DNA from: a virus
Strand: one strand, 5' to 3'
Virus record (IMG/VR): IMGVR_UViG_3300028792_000004
Location: 3,385 to 67,384 of that record
DNA: 64,000 nt
Under the pieces are notes generated by a model. That model made no database searches, had not been told where the DNA came from, and saw only the letters and a program-made list of their open reading frames with translations. This document shows, piece by piece, positions 36,298 to 46,600 of the stretch (position 1 is its first letter; the number at the start of each line of letters is the position of its first letter). The translations under genes were made by a program, and so were the position numbers.

Positions 36298-36366
36298 CTC
36301 GCGCACCTGGCCTCGGGGGTGAGGCCGATGGCCGGGTGCGCGAGGTCTGCCCCCAGCAGACCTCGC
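36298..36366 (+). terminator. two overlapping, mutually exclusive hairpins after the major tail gene
   Basis: ctcgcgcacctggcc/ggccgggtgcgcgag (36298-36344) versus gcgaggtctgc/gcagacctcgc (36340-36366). Confidence 0.5.
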
Positions 36367-36406
36367 ACCGCTTCTCCCCTCACCAACCTCACCGAAAGGC
36401 ACCACC

Positions 36407-36811
36407 ATGAGCGAGTCCAAGAAGAACAGCACCCTCCAGATCGCGACCCTCGAGCAGCTCCTGGGCAAGAAGAGTCGCTGCGAGACGATCCCGATCGAGA
36501 TCTACGACGGGGACGGTCCGATCAAGCTCGGCATCAAGCTGAAGGCGCTCCCCTCCGAGGAGTACGACGACCTGATCACCCAGCACCCGCCGACGGACAA
36601 GGACAAGAAGGAGGGGGCGCAGTGGAACCCCGACACCTTCGCCCCCGCGCTCATGGCACGGACCTTCGTCGAGCCGGTGCTCGACCTGGCCGGTGCGCGC
36701 AAGCTCTGGAAGGCCGAGACCTGGTCCTCGGGCGAGCTCATCGACCTGTTCAACTCCTGCGTGCGGATCAACCTCAAGGGGCTGAATGTCCCTTTATCCG
36801 CCGGCGACTGA
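36407..36811 (+). CDS. tail assembly chaperone (gpG-like)
   Basis: Between major tail and tape measure; SD GAAAGG. Confidence 0.85.
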   Translation: MSESKKNSTLQIATLEQLLGKKSRCETIPIEIYDGDGPIKLGIKLKALPSEEYDDLITQHPPTDKDKKEGAQWNPDTFAPALMARTFVEPVLDLAGARKLWKAETWSSGELIDLFNSCVRINLKGLNVPLSAGD

Positions 36812-37146
36812 GGGTAGACCCCACCTTCTCGCTCGAGGTCGCCTGGACGTCTGATCACGGCTTGCCGCACTCCACGCTGCTGCGCTGGGACCCGATGGAC
36901 CGGGCGAAGCTGATGGCGCACCTGCTGGAGAAGTCCGAGCGGTGCACGATGTGCGGCACCTCAGGCTGGGAGTGGGACCCCGAGCAGGGTGGGGACCGCA
37001 ACGCCTATGAGCCGGCGGCGCACAACTGCATGGGCTGCTACCACATCAAGCTGGCCCAGCAGGACACCGAGCTGATGCCCGGCGCCTCGATCACGCTGGT
37101 CCCGAAGAGCCAGAAGCACCGGCTGAAGGCGGCGATCCCGGCGTGA
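36790..37146 (+). CDS. tail assembly chaperone -1 frameshift extension (gpGT-like, about 246 aa in total)
   Basis: Slippery C CCT TTA at 36790-36796; -1 frame continues PFIRRRLRVDPTF... to 37146. Confidence 0.85.
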   Translation, partial: PFIRRRLRVDPTFSLEVAWTSDHGLPHSTLLRWDPMDRAKLMAHLLEKSERCTMCGTSGWEWDPEQGGDRNAYEPAAHNCMGCYHIKLAQQDTELMPGASITLVPKSQKHRLKAAIPA

Positions 37147-40100
37147 GCGACATGGCGCCCGAGGGCGGGATGGACCAGCAGACCTACACCACCGTCTACG
37201 ACGTGCAGGTCCAGGGCCAGCAGGGCATGAACGCCATACTGGAGATCACCAACCAGTACTCGGCGGCCGCGGACAACCTGCTCGGGCGGGTGGCCAAGCT
37301 CAACATGGGCCTGGGCACGATGTCCAAGCACTACGTGGGGCTGAAGCCGCAGAACGCCGGCGCGGTCTCCGAGGCGGCGCGCTACCAGCAGCAGCTGTCC
37401 TCCCTCGAGGCGACGGTGCGGGTCTCGACCAAGGGCAACAAGGCCTACAACGAGACCTTCGGCGAGCTGCGCAAGAACACCAAGGCGCTGGCCCGGGAGA
37501 TGCCGATCGGGATGGGCCAGGCGGTCCAGCAGGTCGACGCGCTGCACCAGAGCGGGGTGAAGAGCAACCGGGAGATCAAGTCCCTGGCCCAGACCTACAC
37601 CGAACTCGGCAAGGCCAACGCCGAGTTCGGCCCGGCCCTGGGCGCCGACATGCAGTCGGTGAACAAGATCTACGACGCCAACATCAAGCAGTCCCGGAAC
37701 TACGCCGACTCGCTGACCACGGTCACCCAGAAGCTCGGCGGCACCGCGAGCGGCACGCTGTCCTTCGCCAAGTCGATCGCTCCGATCGCGGCCACGGTCG
37801 GGATGGGCGAGTCCCAGGTGATCGGGCTCTCCAACGCCTTCTCGAAGATGGGCGAGGACGGCTACGGCGCCGCCACAGCGGTGAACAAGGTGCTGCTGGA
37901 CATGAACCGCTCGATCCGCCAGGGCACCCCGGAGATCGGCAACTACGCCCGGCTGCTGGACATGGACACCTCCTCGCTGACCAAGCTCTTCAAGGAGAAG
38001 CCCGACGAGGTGCTGACCCGGTTCACTGAGGCGATCGCCAAGAAGGGCCCCGACGCGATGCAGCAGCTCGACGAGCTGGGCCTCGACGGGGTGCGCACGG
38101 TGCGCTCGATCCAGGCGGTCTCCAAGGGCGGCGGGCTGCGTGAGTCGATCAAGACTGCGGTGGAGGGCTATGGCTCCGGGTCGACCAAGACCGGGGCGGA
38201 GCAGGCCACCAGCGGGCTCAACGACGAGCTGACCAAGCTGCAGGAGACCACCAGGCAGACCGTGGAGGCCACCGGCCGGCCGTTCCTGGGCTTCCTGGAG
38301 GAGATCGTCCGGCTCTCCAACGCAGCCACCGACGCGATCCGCGGTGTCGTCGACTCCAGCGCGATGCAGGGCATCGGCAAGGTCGGCGCTGTCGTCGGCA
38401 CTGTCGGCGGCGGTGTGATGCAGGTGGCTCAGCTCGGGCTGATGGCCGCCTTCGCCAAGAGGGCGGTCGGCGGCGGGATGGGCCTGCTCGGCGACGCGCG
38501 CGCGGACTTCCGCGCCGGTCGTAACGTGGTGGCCAGCACCGCCGGGAGTGCGAGGCCGGTGGGTCCGAACGAGGCCGCGGCGATCGCCGAGAAGCACGGC
38601 TGGGCCGCGAGGATGGGTGGCTTCTACGGCCGGAGCGCCGGGGCTGGCCCGGAGCCGGAGGCGACCCGCGACTGGAGGTCGCAGGCCCGCTCCCTGAGCC
38701 GCGGAATCTACGAGGGTGGTCGCCGCGGTGCACTGGGTGCACTGGGCGTCACCAACGCGCTCCACCAGGGCCTGATCAACGACACCCGGGCGGCCTCGGG
38801 CAAGGAGGTCCCGGTCTCGCCCGCTCGGGCGGCCTACCAGGAGCAGATGCGCGCGGCTTCGGAGCGTGCCACCATCCAGGAGCGGTTGGTGGCCCGTGGC
38901 GCTGCCACCAGCAGCCTGCTGGGCAAGGGGATGTTCCAGGACCAGTCCTTCGGCCGCGCGCTGGGCACGACGGCGTACACCAGCCTGGTGCGCGCTCCTG
39001 CAGCTGGTCTGGGCTTCCTGGGCGGCAGCGCCGGCAGGCTGGGGGCGATGGGCCTGCAGGGCACCGGGCGGATGCTCGGGGCTGCCGGCAGCCTCGGTGC
39101 CGCCGGGTTGGGCGCGCTGGGCATCACCGCCCCGATCGCGGCCCTCGCCGGCGCTGGCTACCTCGGCTATAAGGCCTACCAGGGCCACGAGGCGCGCGCT
39201 GAGGCCGCTGACCGGATCCAGAGCTCCGTGGGTGACCCGAATGCCGCCTACAACGACTTCGCGGCCGCCATGGGCCACGCGGGCCGATCCACGACGAACT
39301 TCGCCGACGCCGCCGAGCAGGCGGCGTCGCGGCTCAACGACATCAACCCGACCAAGGGCGACGCCTTCAAGATCTCCGACGCCGAGGTGACCCAGGCGCA
39401 CGCCTACAAGGGCCCGCTGGCGCTGAAGCTCTCCGATGCCGAGCAGGGCAAGACGGGCATCGGCCACCGGATCGCAATGCAGATCGTGGGTGGCTGGGAC
39501 CCGATGAACAACAACCAGCACGGCAGCAACGATCGGATCGACACCAAGGCGCTCTACGCCAAGGCCGCGCTGACCCTGGGCAACAAGGCGTCCAAGGACG
39601 ACATCCAGACGATGATGTTCGACTACCTGGCCCAGCACGTGCCCAAGGGCCAGGTGCAGGACGTCGCGAACATGCTGAAGAAGCGCTACGGCGGCGAGGG
39701 TGGCACTGCGAAGCCCGACTACGCACTGGGCGTCCAGGCGGCGTACGCCGCCCAGCAGCGCTCCCCCTCGAGCAAGCTCAGCGGGCCCTCCGCCGAGGCC
39801 CAGGACGCCATGAACGAGACCTTCGCCGGCATCGGGCAGGAGAAGGAGCGGGTCGGGAGCATCTACGGCGACCGGTCGGCCGCGGTGCAGGGCTACGGCG
39901 AGACCAACAAGCTGATGGCCGCCTACGCCGGCCAGCGCAAGAAGATGAGCTCCTCGGAGCGGGCGCAGCTGGACAACCTGGTCTCCGCTGGCCTGGCCGG
40001 CGAGCTGGGGATGGACAAGAAGGACATCAAGGGTCACCTGGACGCCGGCTCGATCGGTGAGCTGGTCAAGGACCTGAAGGGCGACAAGGTCACCTCGGCC

Positions 40101-42329
40101 ACCAAGCAGGGCATCTCCGACTGGAGGACCCTGGGGTCGGTCTCCGGCCCGGTCACGATGGCCGACCTGCTCGGGGTGGCCGAGCGGCCCAAGGAGCCCG
40201 GCTACGAGAAGGCCGCCGGGTCCTCCCTGGACGCCAGCTACGGCCAGGTCACTGGCCGTAGGGCGAGCAACAAGGAGTGGGACGAGGGGCTGCACGGGGT
40301 CGCCTCGAAGCTCTTCGACATGGGCAAGACCTTCGACGAGGGTGGCAAGGCGCTCAAGGCCGGGATGACTCCGCTGCAGAGGGCGGTCTCCCGGCTGGAG
40401 TCGGGCGACGTGAGCCCGGCGACCAGCTACCGCGCCGGGTCGCTGATGGCTCAGACCGAGCTGCGCCGCTACGGCGGCAACGCCGGGATGGCTGGGCTGG
40501 GGCTGACCGTCGCCGCGCAGAAGATCTCGGACCCCAACGTCCGGTCGGCGATGACCACCGAGGGTCAGGCCTACCTGCAGAACGTGGTGCAGCCGCTGCA
40601 GGCCGCCCGGCAGTCCCCGGTCGAGTCGCTGCGCAACCGGATCCAGACCGGCCGGGTCGCGGTCGCCCAGCTGAGCAAGATCGACACGCCCGAGGCGCAG
40701 ACCGCGATGGTCAACCAACAGGCCGACATGGCCTCGGCGCAGGCCTCGATGATCGAAATGCGCAAGCAGTACCAGAACCAGATCATCGAGACGATGCGCT
40801 CGATCAAGATCTCCAACGAGCAGGCGCAGATCTCCGAGGGGCGCGCGACCGAGGACTACCAGCGCTCCCGGCTCTACGCCGAGCAGGACTACGACACCCA
40901 GATCTACCGGGCCCGGCGCGACTTCGGGCGCCAGATGAAGAACGCCCAGCAGGACTTCCAGAAGCAGATCAGCCGCTCCGAGGACGACTACCAGCTGGGC
41001 CGCGAGCGCGCGCAGGAGGACTACCAGAAGTCCCGCCGGCGTGCCCAGGAGGACTTCCAGCGCCAGCAGCGGTACTCGATCGAGGACCACCAGCGCCAGG
41101 TCAACTACCTGCTCAAGGACGCCGCGTCCAACATGTACGACCCCTACAAGCGGATCCAGGCGGCCGACGTGATGGACGCCTCCGGCCTGGGCGGCAACGT
41201 CCGGGAGCAGGCGGCGATGCTGCGCCGGCAGAGCGCGAACGTCAAGCGGCTCAAGGAGCTGGGCCTGTCCCAGCGCACGATCGACTCCCTGGACCTCTAC
41301 AACCCGGCGAACGCCTACCAGGCCGAGCGGCTGGTCCAGGACATCGAGCAGGACCACAACGCGGGCACCCAGCTCAACTCCGCGGTGGCCGAGAAGGACG
41401 CGGCCGCGGCGCCGCTCGCCTCGAGCAGCGAGTCGTTCCGACGCTCGGAGGAGGAGTTCAAGGTCGGCCTGGGGCGCTCGGCCGACCAGTTCGAGGTCTC
41501 GATGGTCCGGATGGAGACCGACCAGCGGGTCGCCATGAACCGGATGGCCACCGACCAGCGCAAGGCGATGAACCGGGTGATGGCCGACCAGCGCATCGCC
41601 CGGAGCCGGGCGGTGCAGGAGCACCGGATCGCGATGGCCGACGCCGCCGCCGATGAGACCAAGGCGCTGGGCCGGATGGCAACCGCGCAGTCGACGGCGA
41701 TGGAGCGGATGCGCGCGGACGTGGCGCGCTCGAACCGGCTCACCGTCGAGGCGCTGGGGCGGCAGGGCAAGCAGCTGACCAAGAGCGCGGCGCAGATCGC
41801 CAAGGAGTCGGCGAAGGCGATCGCCGATGCCCCCAAGGCGTGGACCGGGCCGCTGGTCGCCGCGGTCAACACGATGACCGCGGCGCTGCGCAATGAGCTG
41901 GCCAAGGTGCAGATCAACGCCTCGATGAGCTTCTCGGCCCCCAAGATCCTCGGCAACGCCCAGTCCGGGTACCACGTGGCCGGCTCGAACACGAAGTTCT
42001 ACGCCTCCGGCGGCATCGCGATGAGCCCGCACATGGGCGTGGTGGCTGAGTCCGGCTACCCCGAGGCGATGATCCCGCTGAACCACCGTGGCGCGGAGAT
42101 GATGGCCCAGGTGATGCAGCGCTACGCCACCTCCGACCAGACCCGCGGGGTGCACGCGCAGTCCTACGCGAACCCGGTCAACCAGCACCAGACGTTCACC
42201 TACGACTACTCCACCCGGGTCGAGAGCGTCACCGTGGTGGCCAACGACCCGCACGAGATGTTCCGGCAGCTGGAGAGCATCGCCTCCACCAAGCGGCTGG
42301 TCCAGCCGGCGGGGAACCAGGTCGCATGA
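37143..42329 (+). CDS. tape measure protein
   Basis: 1728 aa, Ala/Gly-rich, TM stretches, 11-residue periodic EDY/QDF repeats, C-terminal ASGG...E.G.PEA.IPL. Confidence 0.92.
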   Translation: MSDMAPEGGMDQQTYTTVYDVQVQGQQGMNAILEITNQYSAAADNLLGRVAKLNMGLGTMSKHYVGLKPQNAGAVSEAARYQQQLSSLEATVRVSTKGNKAYNETFGELRKNTKALAREMPIGMGQAVQQVDALHQSGVKSNREIKSLAQTYTELGKANAEFGPALGADMQSVNKIYDANIKQSRNYADSLTTVTQKLGGTASGTLSFAKSIAPIAATVGMGESQVIGLSNAFSKMGEDGYGAATAVNKVLLDMNRSIRQGTPEIGNYARLLDMDTSSLTKLFKEKPDEVLTRFTEAIAKKGPDAMQQLDELGLDGVRTVRSIQAVSKGGGLRESIKTAVEGYGSGSTKTGAEQATSGLNDELTKLQETTRQTVEATGRPFLGFLEEIVRLSNAATDAIRGVVDSSAMQGIGKVGAVVGTVGGGVMQVAQLGLMAAFAKRAVGGGMGLLGDARADFRAGRNVVASTAGSARPVGPNEAAAIAEKHGWAARMGGFYGRSAGAGPEPEATRDWRSQARSLSRGIYEGGRRGALGALGVTNALHQGLINDTRAASGKEVPVSPARAAYQEQMRAASERATIQERLVARGAATSSLLGKGMFQDQSFGRALGTTAYTSLVRAPAAGLGFLGGSAGRLGAMGLQGTGRMLGAAGSLGAAGLGALGITAPIAALAGAGYLGYKAYQGHEARAEAADRIQSSVGDPNAAYNDFAAAMGHAGRSTTNFADAAEQAASRLNDINPTKGDAFKISDAEVTQAHAYKGPLALKLSDAEQGKTGIGHRIAMQIVGGWDPMNNNQHGSNDRIDTKALYAKAALTLGNKASKDDIQTMMFDYLAQHVPKGQVQDVANMLKKRYGGEGGTAKPDYALGVQAAYAAQQRSPSSKLSGPSAEAQDAMNETFAGIGQEKERVGSIYGDRSAAVQGYGETNKLMAAYAGQRKKMSSSERAQLDNLVSAGLAGELGMDKKDIKGHLDAGSIGELVKDLKGDKVTSATKQGISDWRTLGSVSGPVTMADLLGVAERPKEPGYEKAAGSSLDASYGQVTGRRASNKEWDEGLHGVASKLFDMGKTFDEGGKALKAGMTPLQRAVSRLESGDVSPATSYRAGSLMAQTELRRYGGNAGMAGLGLTVAAQKISDPNVRSAMTTEGQAYLQNVVQPLQAARQSPVESLRNRIQTGRVAVAQLSKIDTPEAQTAMVNQQADMASAQASMIEMRKQYQNQIIETMRSIKISNEQAQISEGRATEDYQRSRLYAEQDYDTQIYRARRDFGRQMKNAQQDFQKQISRSEDDYQLGRERAQEDYQKSRRRAQEDFQRQQRYSIEDHQRQVNYLLKDAASNMYDPYKRIQAADVMDASGLGGNVREQAAMLRRQSANVKRLKELGLSQRTIDSLDLYNPANAYQAERLVQDIEQDHNAGTQLNSAVAEKDAAAAPLASSSESFRRSEEEFKVGLGRSADQFEVSMVRMETDQRVAMNRMATDQRKAMNRVMADQRIARSRAVQEHRIAMADAAADETKALGRMATAQSTAMERMRADVARSNRLTVEALGRQGKQLTKSAAQIAKESAKAIADAPKAWTGPLVAAVNTMTAALRNELAKVQINASMSFSAPKILGNAQSGYHVAGSNTKFYASGGIAMSPHMGVVAESGYPEAMIPLNHRGAEMMAQVMQRYATSDQTRGVHAQSYANPVNQHQTFTYDYSTRVESVTVVANDPHEMFRQLESIASTKRLVQPAGNQVA

Positions 42330-42754
42330 GCGGGAACCTGATCAACTACGCCCGGGTCTCGGTCCCGGGCGGGTGGCTGGTGCTCACCGAGGGGCCCTAC
42401 AGCCTCGCTGAGGGCACCATGGAGCGCTTCGAGTCCAAGCTGCGCTCGGTCACCGCCTCCAACGAGCTGACGGCCGGTGAGTGGACGGTGGTGGCAGTGG
42501 AGTCCAACGAGACCTTCCCGTTCAACATCCGGGTCAAGGGCGACGGCTCCCAGGGCAGCTGCTTCGCTGCTGCCCGGGCCCTGAAGCAGGCGCTGCAGCG
42601 GCGCAACTTCGTCCTGGAGACCACCCTTGGTGACTGGGTGATGCAGTGGAACTGCTTCGCGGCCGACGTCACGATCGAGGCCAGCAAGCCTCTGCTCTAC
42701 GCCGCGCAGGCCGTAGTCTCGACAACGATGAGCGCACTACCCCAGGAGGCCTGA
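42326..42754 (+). CDS. distal-tail-like minor tail protein
   Basis: Immediately after the tape measure. Confidence 0.6.
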   Translation: MSGNLINYARVSVPGGWLVLTEGPYSLAEGTMERFESKLRSVTASNELTAGEWTVVAVESNETFPFNIRVKGDGSQGSCFAAARALKQALQRRNFVLETTLGDWVMQWNCFAADVTIEASKPLLYAAQAVVSTTMSALPQEA

Positions 42755-42755
42755 G

Positions 42756-43172
42756 ATGCCGCTCGGTCCCTTCGGACGCAAGTACGCCGCCCAGCGGGTC
42801 TTCATGGGTGCCGGCGCTCCGTTCGTCATCTCCGGGCTGTGGGTGGCGCTGCTGAACGAGGCGGCGATCGACACTTCCACCGGCACCACGATCAAGGAGC
42901 CGGCCGCCGCGGCCTACGAGCGGGTCCCGGTGCTGCTCAACGCCACGAACACCGTGGTCGGCGCCGGCGGGACCGGCTACTTCAAGGACCGGGTCGTCTG
43001 GCCGATGGTGATGGCCGAGAGCTGGGGGGCGATCGTGGGCTACGCGCTGCTCACCGCACAGAGCGGTGGCGAGCTCTTCGCCTACGACACCCTGCCGCTG
43101 ACGATCCCGATCGGCGGCGACGTCCCGCAGATCCCGGAGAACACGATGACGTTCTCCATCCCGACCTCGTAG
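42756..43172 (+). CDS. minor tail protein
   Basis: LWVALL...E.....YERV...WP......WG.I.G.AL motif of small phage tail proteins. Confidence 0.65.
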   Translation: MPLGPFGRKYAAQRVFMGAGAPFVISGLWVALLNEAAIDTSTGTTIKEPAAAAYERVPVLLNATNTVVGAGGTGYFKDRVVWPMVMAESWGAIVGYALLTAQSGGELFAYDTLPLTIPIGGDVPQIPENTMTFSIPTS

Positions 43173-43236
43173 TGCTCGCCGGGCTGCCCCGCGCGTGGGA
43201 CGCTAGGCGGAGCCTCACCCACGAACAGGAGTCCAG

Positions 43237-43647
43237 ATGACCACCAGGATCGCCACCGCCACCCGCAACGCGATGGCCGCCGCCGCGGCCGCGCTCGTCG
43301 ACGCCGGGTCCGGCCCGGGCACGATCGAGGTCCGCACCGGTGCGCAGCCGGCAACGCCGGCTGACGCCGCGACCGGCACCCTGCTGGTGACCTTCACGCT
43401 CAACGACCCGGCCTACACCGGCCCCACGGTCGGCGTGATGGACCTCGACGTCACCCCGGCGATCCAGGCGAACCCGGTGGCCACCGGCACGGCCGGCTGG
43501 TTCCGGCTCAAGGACTCCACCGGTGCCGCGGTGCTCGACGGCGCCTGCGGCACCTCCGGCGCGCAGCTGAACCTGACCACCACGGCGCTGGAGACCGGGG
43601 TCCAGGTCTCGATCGCCTCGGGCACCATCACCCAGCCCGGAGCCTGA
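43237..43647 (+). CDS. minor tail protein
   Basis: RNAMA.....D.G...G.I..RTG.QP...GTA.WFR..DS.G..V.DG.CG motif; SD AGGAG. Confidence 0.7.
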   Translation: MTTRIATATRNAMAAAAAALVDAGSGPGTIEVRTGAQPATPADAATGTLLVTFTLNDPAYTGPTVGVMDLDVTPAIQANPVATGTAGWFRLKDSTGAAVLDGACGTSGAQLNLTTTALETGVQVSIASGTITQPGA

Positions 43648-43675
43648 TCCGCTGACGATCTGAGGGGCGGCGACG

Positions 43676-46600
43676 GTGTCAGTCTCATTCGTCCAGCGCA
43701 ACGCCGCCAAGCGCCAGGGCGGCGGCGTTGGCCTCATCACGGTGCCGTACCACGCCTCGGCGCAGGCTGGCGACCTGCAGCTGCTGATGGTCAGCACGTT
43801 CGCCTCGGGGGCACCGGCGGCTCCAAGCGGCTCTGGGTGGTCCCAGCTGCACAGCAGGGCCGACACCTACTCCCTGATGGCGATCTACGTCAGGACCCTG
43901 GTCACCGCGGACCTGACCTCGAACGTCACGGTCAACCTCACCGCCTCGGACTGGGGCAACGCCGAGCTGCGCACCTACCGGCCGTCCGGCGCGGCGGCCT
44001 TCGAGCTCGCCGGCAGTGGCGAGGGCCTGGTCGCGGCGGCCGTGACCGCGAAGGCATTGCTGGTCCGGTGCTGGGCTGAGGCGCAGAACAACAGCTCCGG
44101 CGGCTCGGCCAAGACACTCACCGCACCGGCCGGGCTGCTGAACAGCGGCTCCCCCACCAGCTACAACTGGTACGACGGCGGCCTGGCGGGTGACGACCCG
44201 GTGGCCAACGGCGCGGCCGGGACCTCGACCGCGGTGCACGGCGGCGGCGGCGAGAGCAGGTCCTCGCAGTGGGCGAACGTCCAGATCTCCGAAGACCTGC
44301 CCACGGGCGACCTGACCATCGCGCTGCCGCCGTTGGTGACCAGCACCGACGTCACCGTCCCCACGTCGGGTGACCTGGACATCGTGCTGCCGCCGGTGGT
44401 GTTCCAGGCCAGTGGCGCCACGGTCCCGGCCGGGCACCTCGACGCCGTACTCCCGCCGTTGGCGTACGACGCCGCCGGCCGCTCCCAGCTCAACTACCAG
44501 ATCGTCTTCATGCCGCCGCTGGTGGCCGATGCCAGCGGCAACCGGACCCTCACCGAGATGCCGGTCACCCTGCCGGCCCTGTCCGTGGAGACCGTGCTGG
44601 ACCCGAACCAGCCGCCGGACTTCACCACGGTGATGCGGGCGCTGGACCCCGACCTGTGGTGGACGATGGACGCCTCGGACGCGCGCGAGGTGATCGCCGA
44701 CGGCGACTGGGCCGGCTGGCAGCGCATCATCGACGCCTCGGGCCACGGCAGCGACGGCGCGCTCTACGTCGCCGGCGGCTCCAGCTTCCCTGACGGCCTG
44801 GTGGTCGATTCCCTCGACACCGCCTTCGAGGGTACGGCGGCGACCCAGGTGGCCACGATCAGCACCGAGGCCGACCCGGTGCTCCAGGCCAGTGCGGAGT
44901 TCAGCGCCTTCGTGCTGGTCGACTACGTCTCCGCGGCGCCCTTCACCGGCTACGGCTATCACGGCACCATCGGTCGGCAGGGCGTCTGGGCGCTCGGCCT
45001 GCAGGACGGCTACTACGACTTCAAGTACCACGCGGCCGGTGGCGGCGTGCAGGACCACCTGCTCTCCAACCCCGCTGTCGGCTACTCCCCGGAGGGACCG
45101 GCGAGCCTGGGGGTGATCATCAGCCGTGACCCCGCAGGGGTCGCCTACGTGCAGGCCTTCCTCAACGGCGTGCCCACCGACCCGGAGCCGGTGGAGCTCT
45201 ACGGCGGCCTCGACGCGACCTACGACCCCTACTACTGGAGCGGCATCCGGGTCGGCGCGGACGGGGCCTGGGCCGGCCTCGTCCAGCACGCCGCGCACTT
45301 CAAGCGAGCCCTGGTCCCCTCCGACTTCGCCGCGCTGCACGCCAGCGCCTTCGCGGCCCGGGCCAAGCGGAGCAGGCTGCGCGCGCCGATGCCGGCCCTG
45401 ACGGCCGGCATCGAGGCCATGGTGCCCGACACACTCCGTGCCGACGTGGTGATGCCGGCGCTGTCCTTCGACGCCTACGACGCCACCCTGGCCGCCCAGG
45501 ACCTCCCTGGGGCCGCCAGTTGGCACGACGCCGTCCCGGTCACCCGCGGCAAGCAGACCAGGCCCGCAGCGCGGCTCTCCTACCCCGAGGACGACGACTC
45601 CGGGCTGGTCTGGCCCTACTTCTCGTCCTGGTGGAAGTGGACGGCCGACGTCACCACCGAGGTCTGGTTCTCCACGTTCCGCTCGATCCCCATCCCGGGG
45701 CAGGGCATCGACACCGTGCTGGTGGTCTACACCGAGGCCGGCGGGGTGCTGACCGAGGTGTTCAGCAACGACGACGTGGACAACTGGAACGCCTCCCAGG
45801 TGGTCATCCCCGCCCCGGTGCTGGGGGAGACCTACTACATCCGCTGCGGCTCCTTCAACAACAGCGGCAGCGGGATCGCCTCCTACGTCCTGGACAACGA
45901 CCTGACGCCGGCGCCGACGCTGGCCGACCTGATCGTGGCGGACGGCGGCCGCGGCCCTGCCGGTGCCGGCGACAAGGTCACCGCCCCGCTGACCGAGGCC
46001 AACTCGGTCTCCGCACCTACCCACATCCCGGCCGGGCAGCAGGCCTGGTGGCTCTGGACGGCCGACTACAACGGCACGATCTCCTTCGACGCGCTGCTGA
46101 GCCAGCACTGGTTCACCGGCGGCGCGGGCAGTGCTGACCCCCGGGTCGGCCTCGAACTGTGGGACGACAGTGAGTGGCTGGCCTACTCCGAGGGCCACGG
46201 CACTGTGGAGACGGTGCCGCGCGGGCAGATCAGCTGGAACGTGATCGCCGGGCACCGCTACTACATCAAGCTCACCCCGCTCGGCGGCGACATCAACGCC
46301 TTCCTGCGGATCTCGCCGCTCGCCTTCGGCTCGATCGTCACCCCGGCGCCGAAGAGCTTCGTCATCGACGCCACCCCGCTCGACCGGGACCAGGTGGCCA
46401 GCTCGCTCTCGCTGCCCTCCGCAGACCTGAAGTACTACTCCGAGCTCGGCGCCGGCCCGGTGGCGATCGACCACACGCTCCCCAGCGGCTATGCGTCTCC
46501 GGTGCAGCAGTTCTCCGGCTTCTACGGCCACTACCGGCTGACGCGCGCCTACGCCGGCGTCGAGCCCCAGCTGGACCACATGGGCTCGCTGTCCTGCCTG

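Noticed and set aside
40840-41100. 11-residue periodic EDY/QDF repeats in the tape measure
   Set aside because: Typical tape-measure periodicity, not novel
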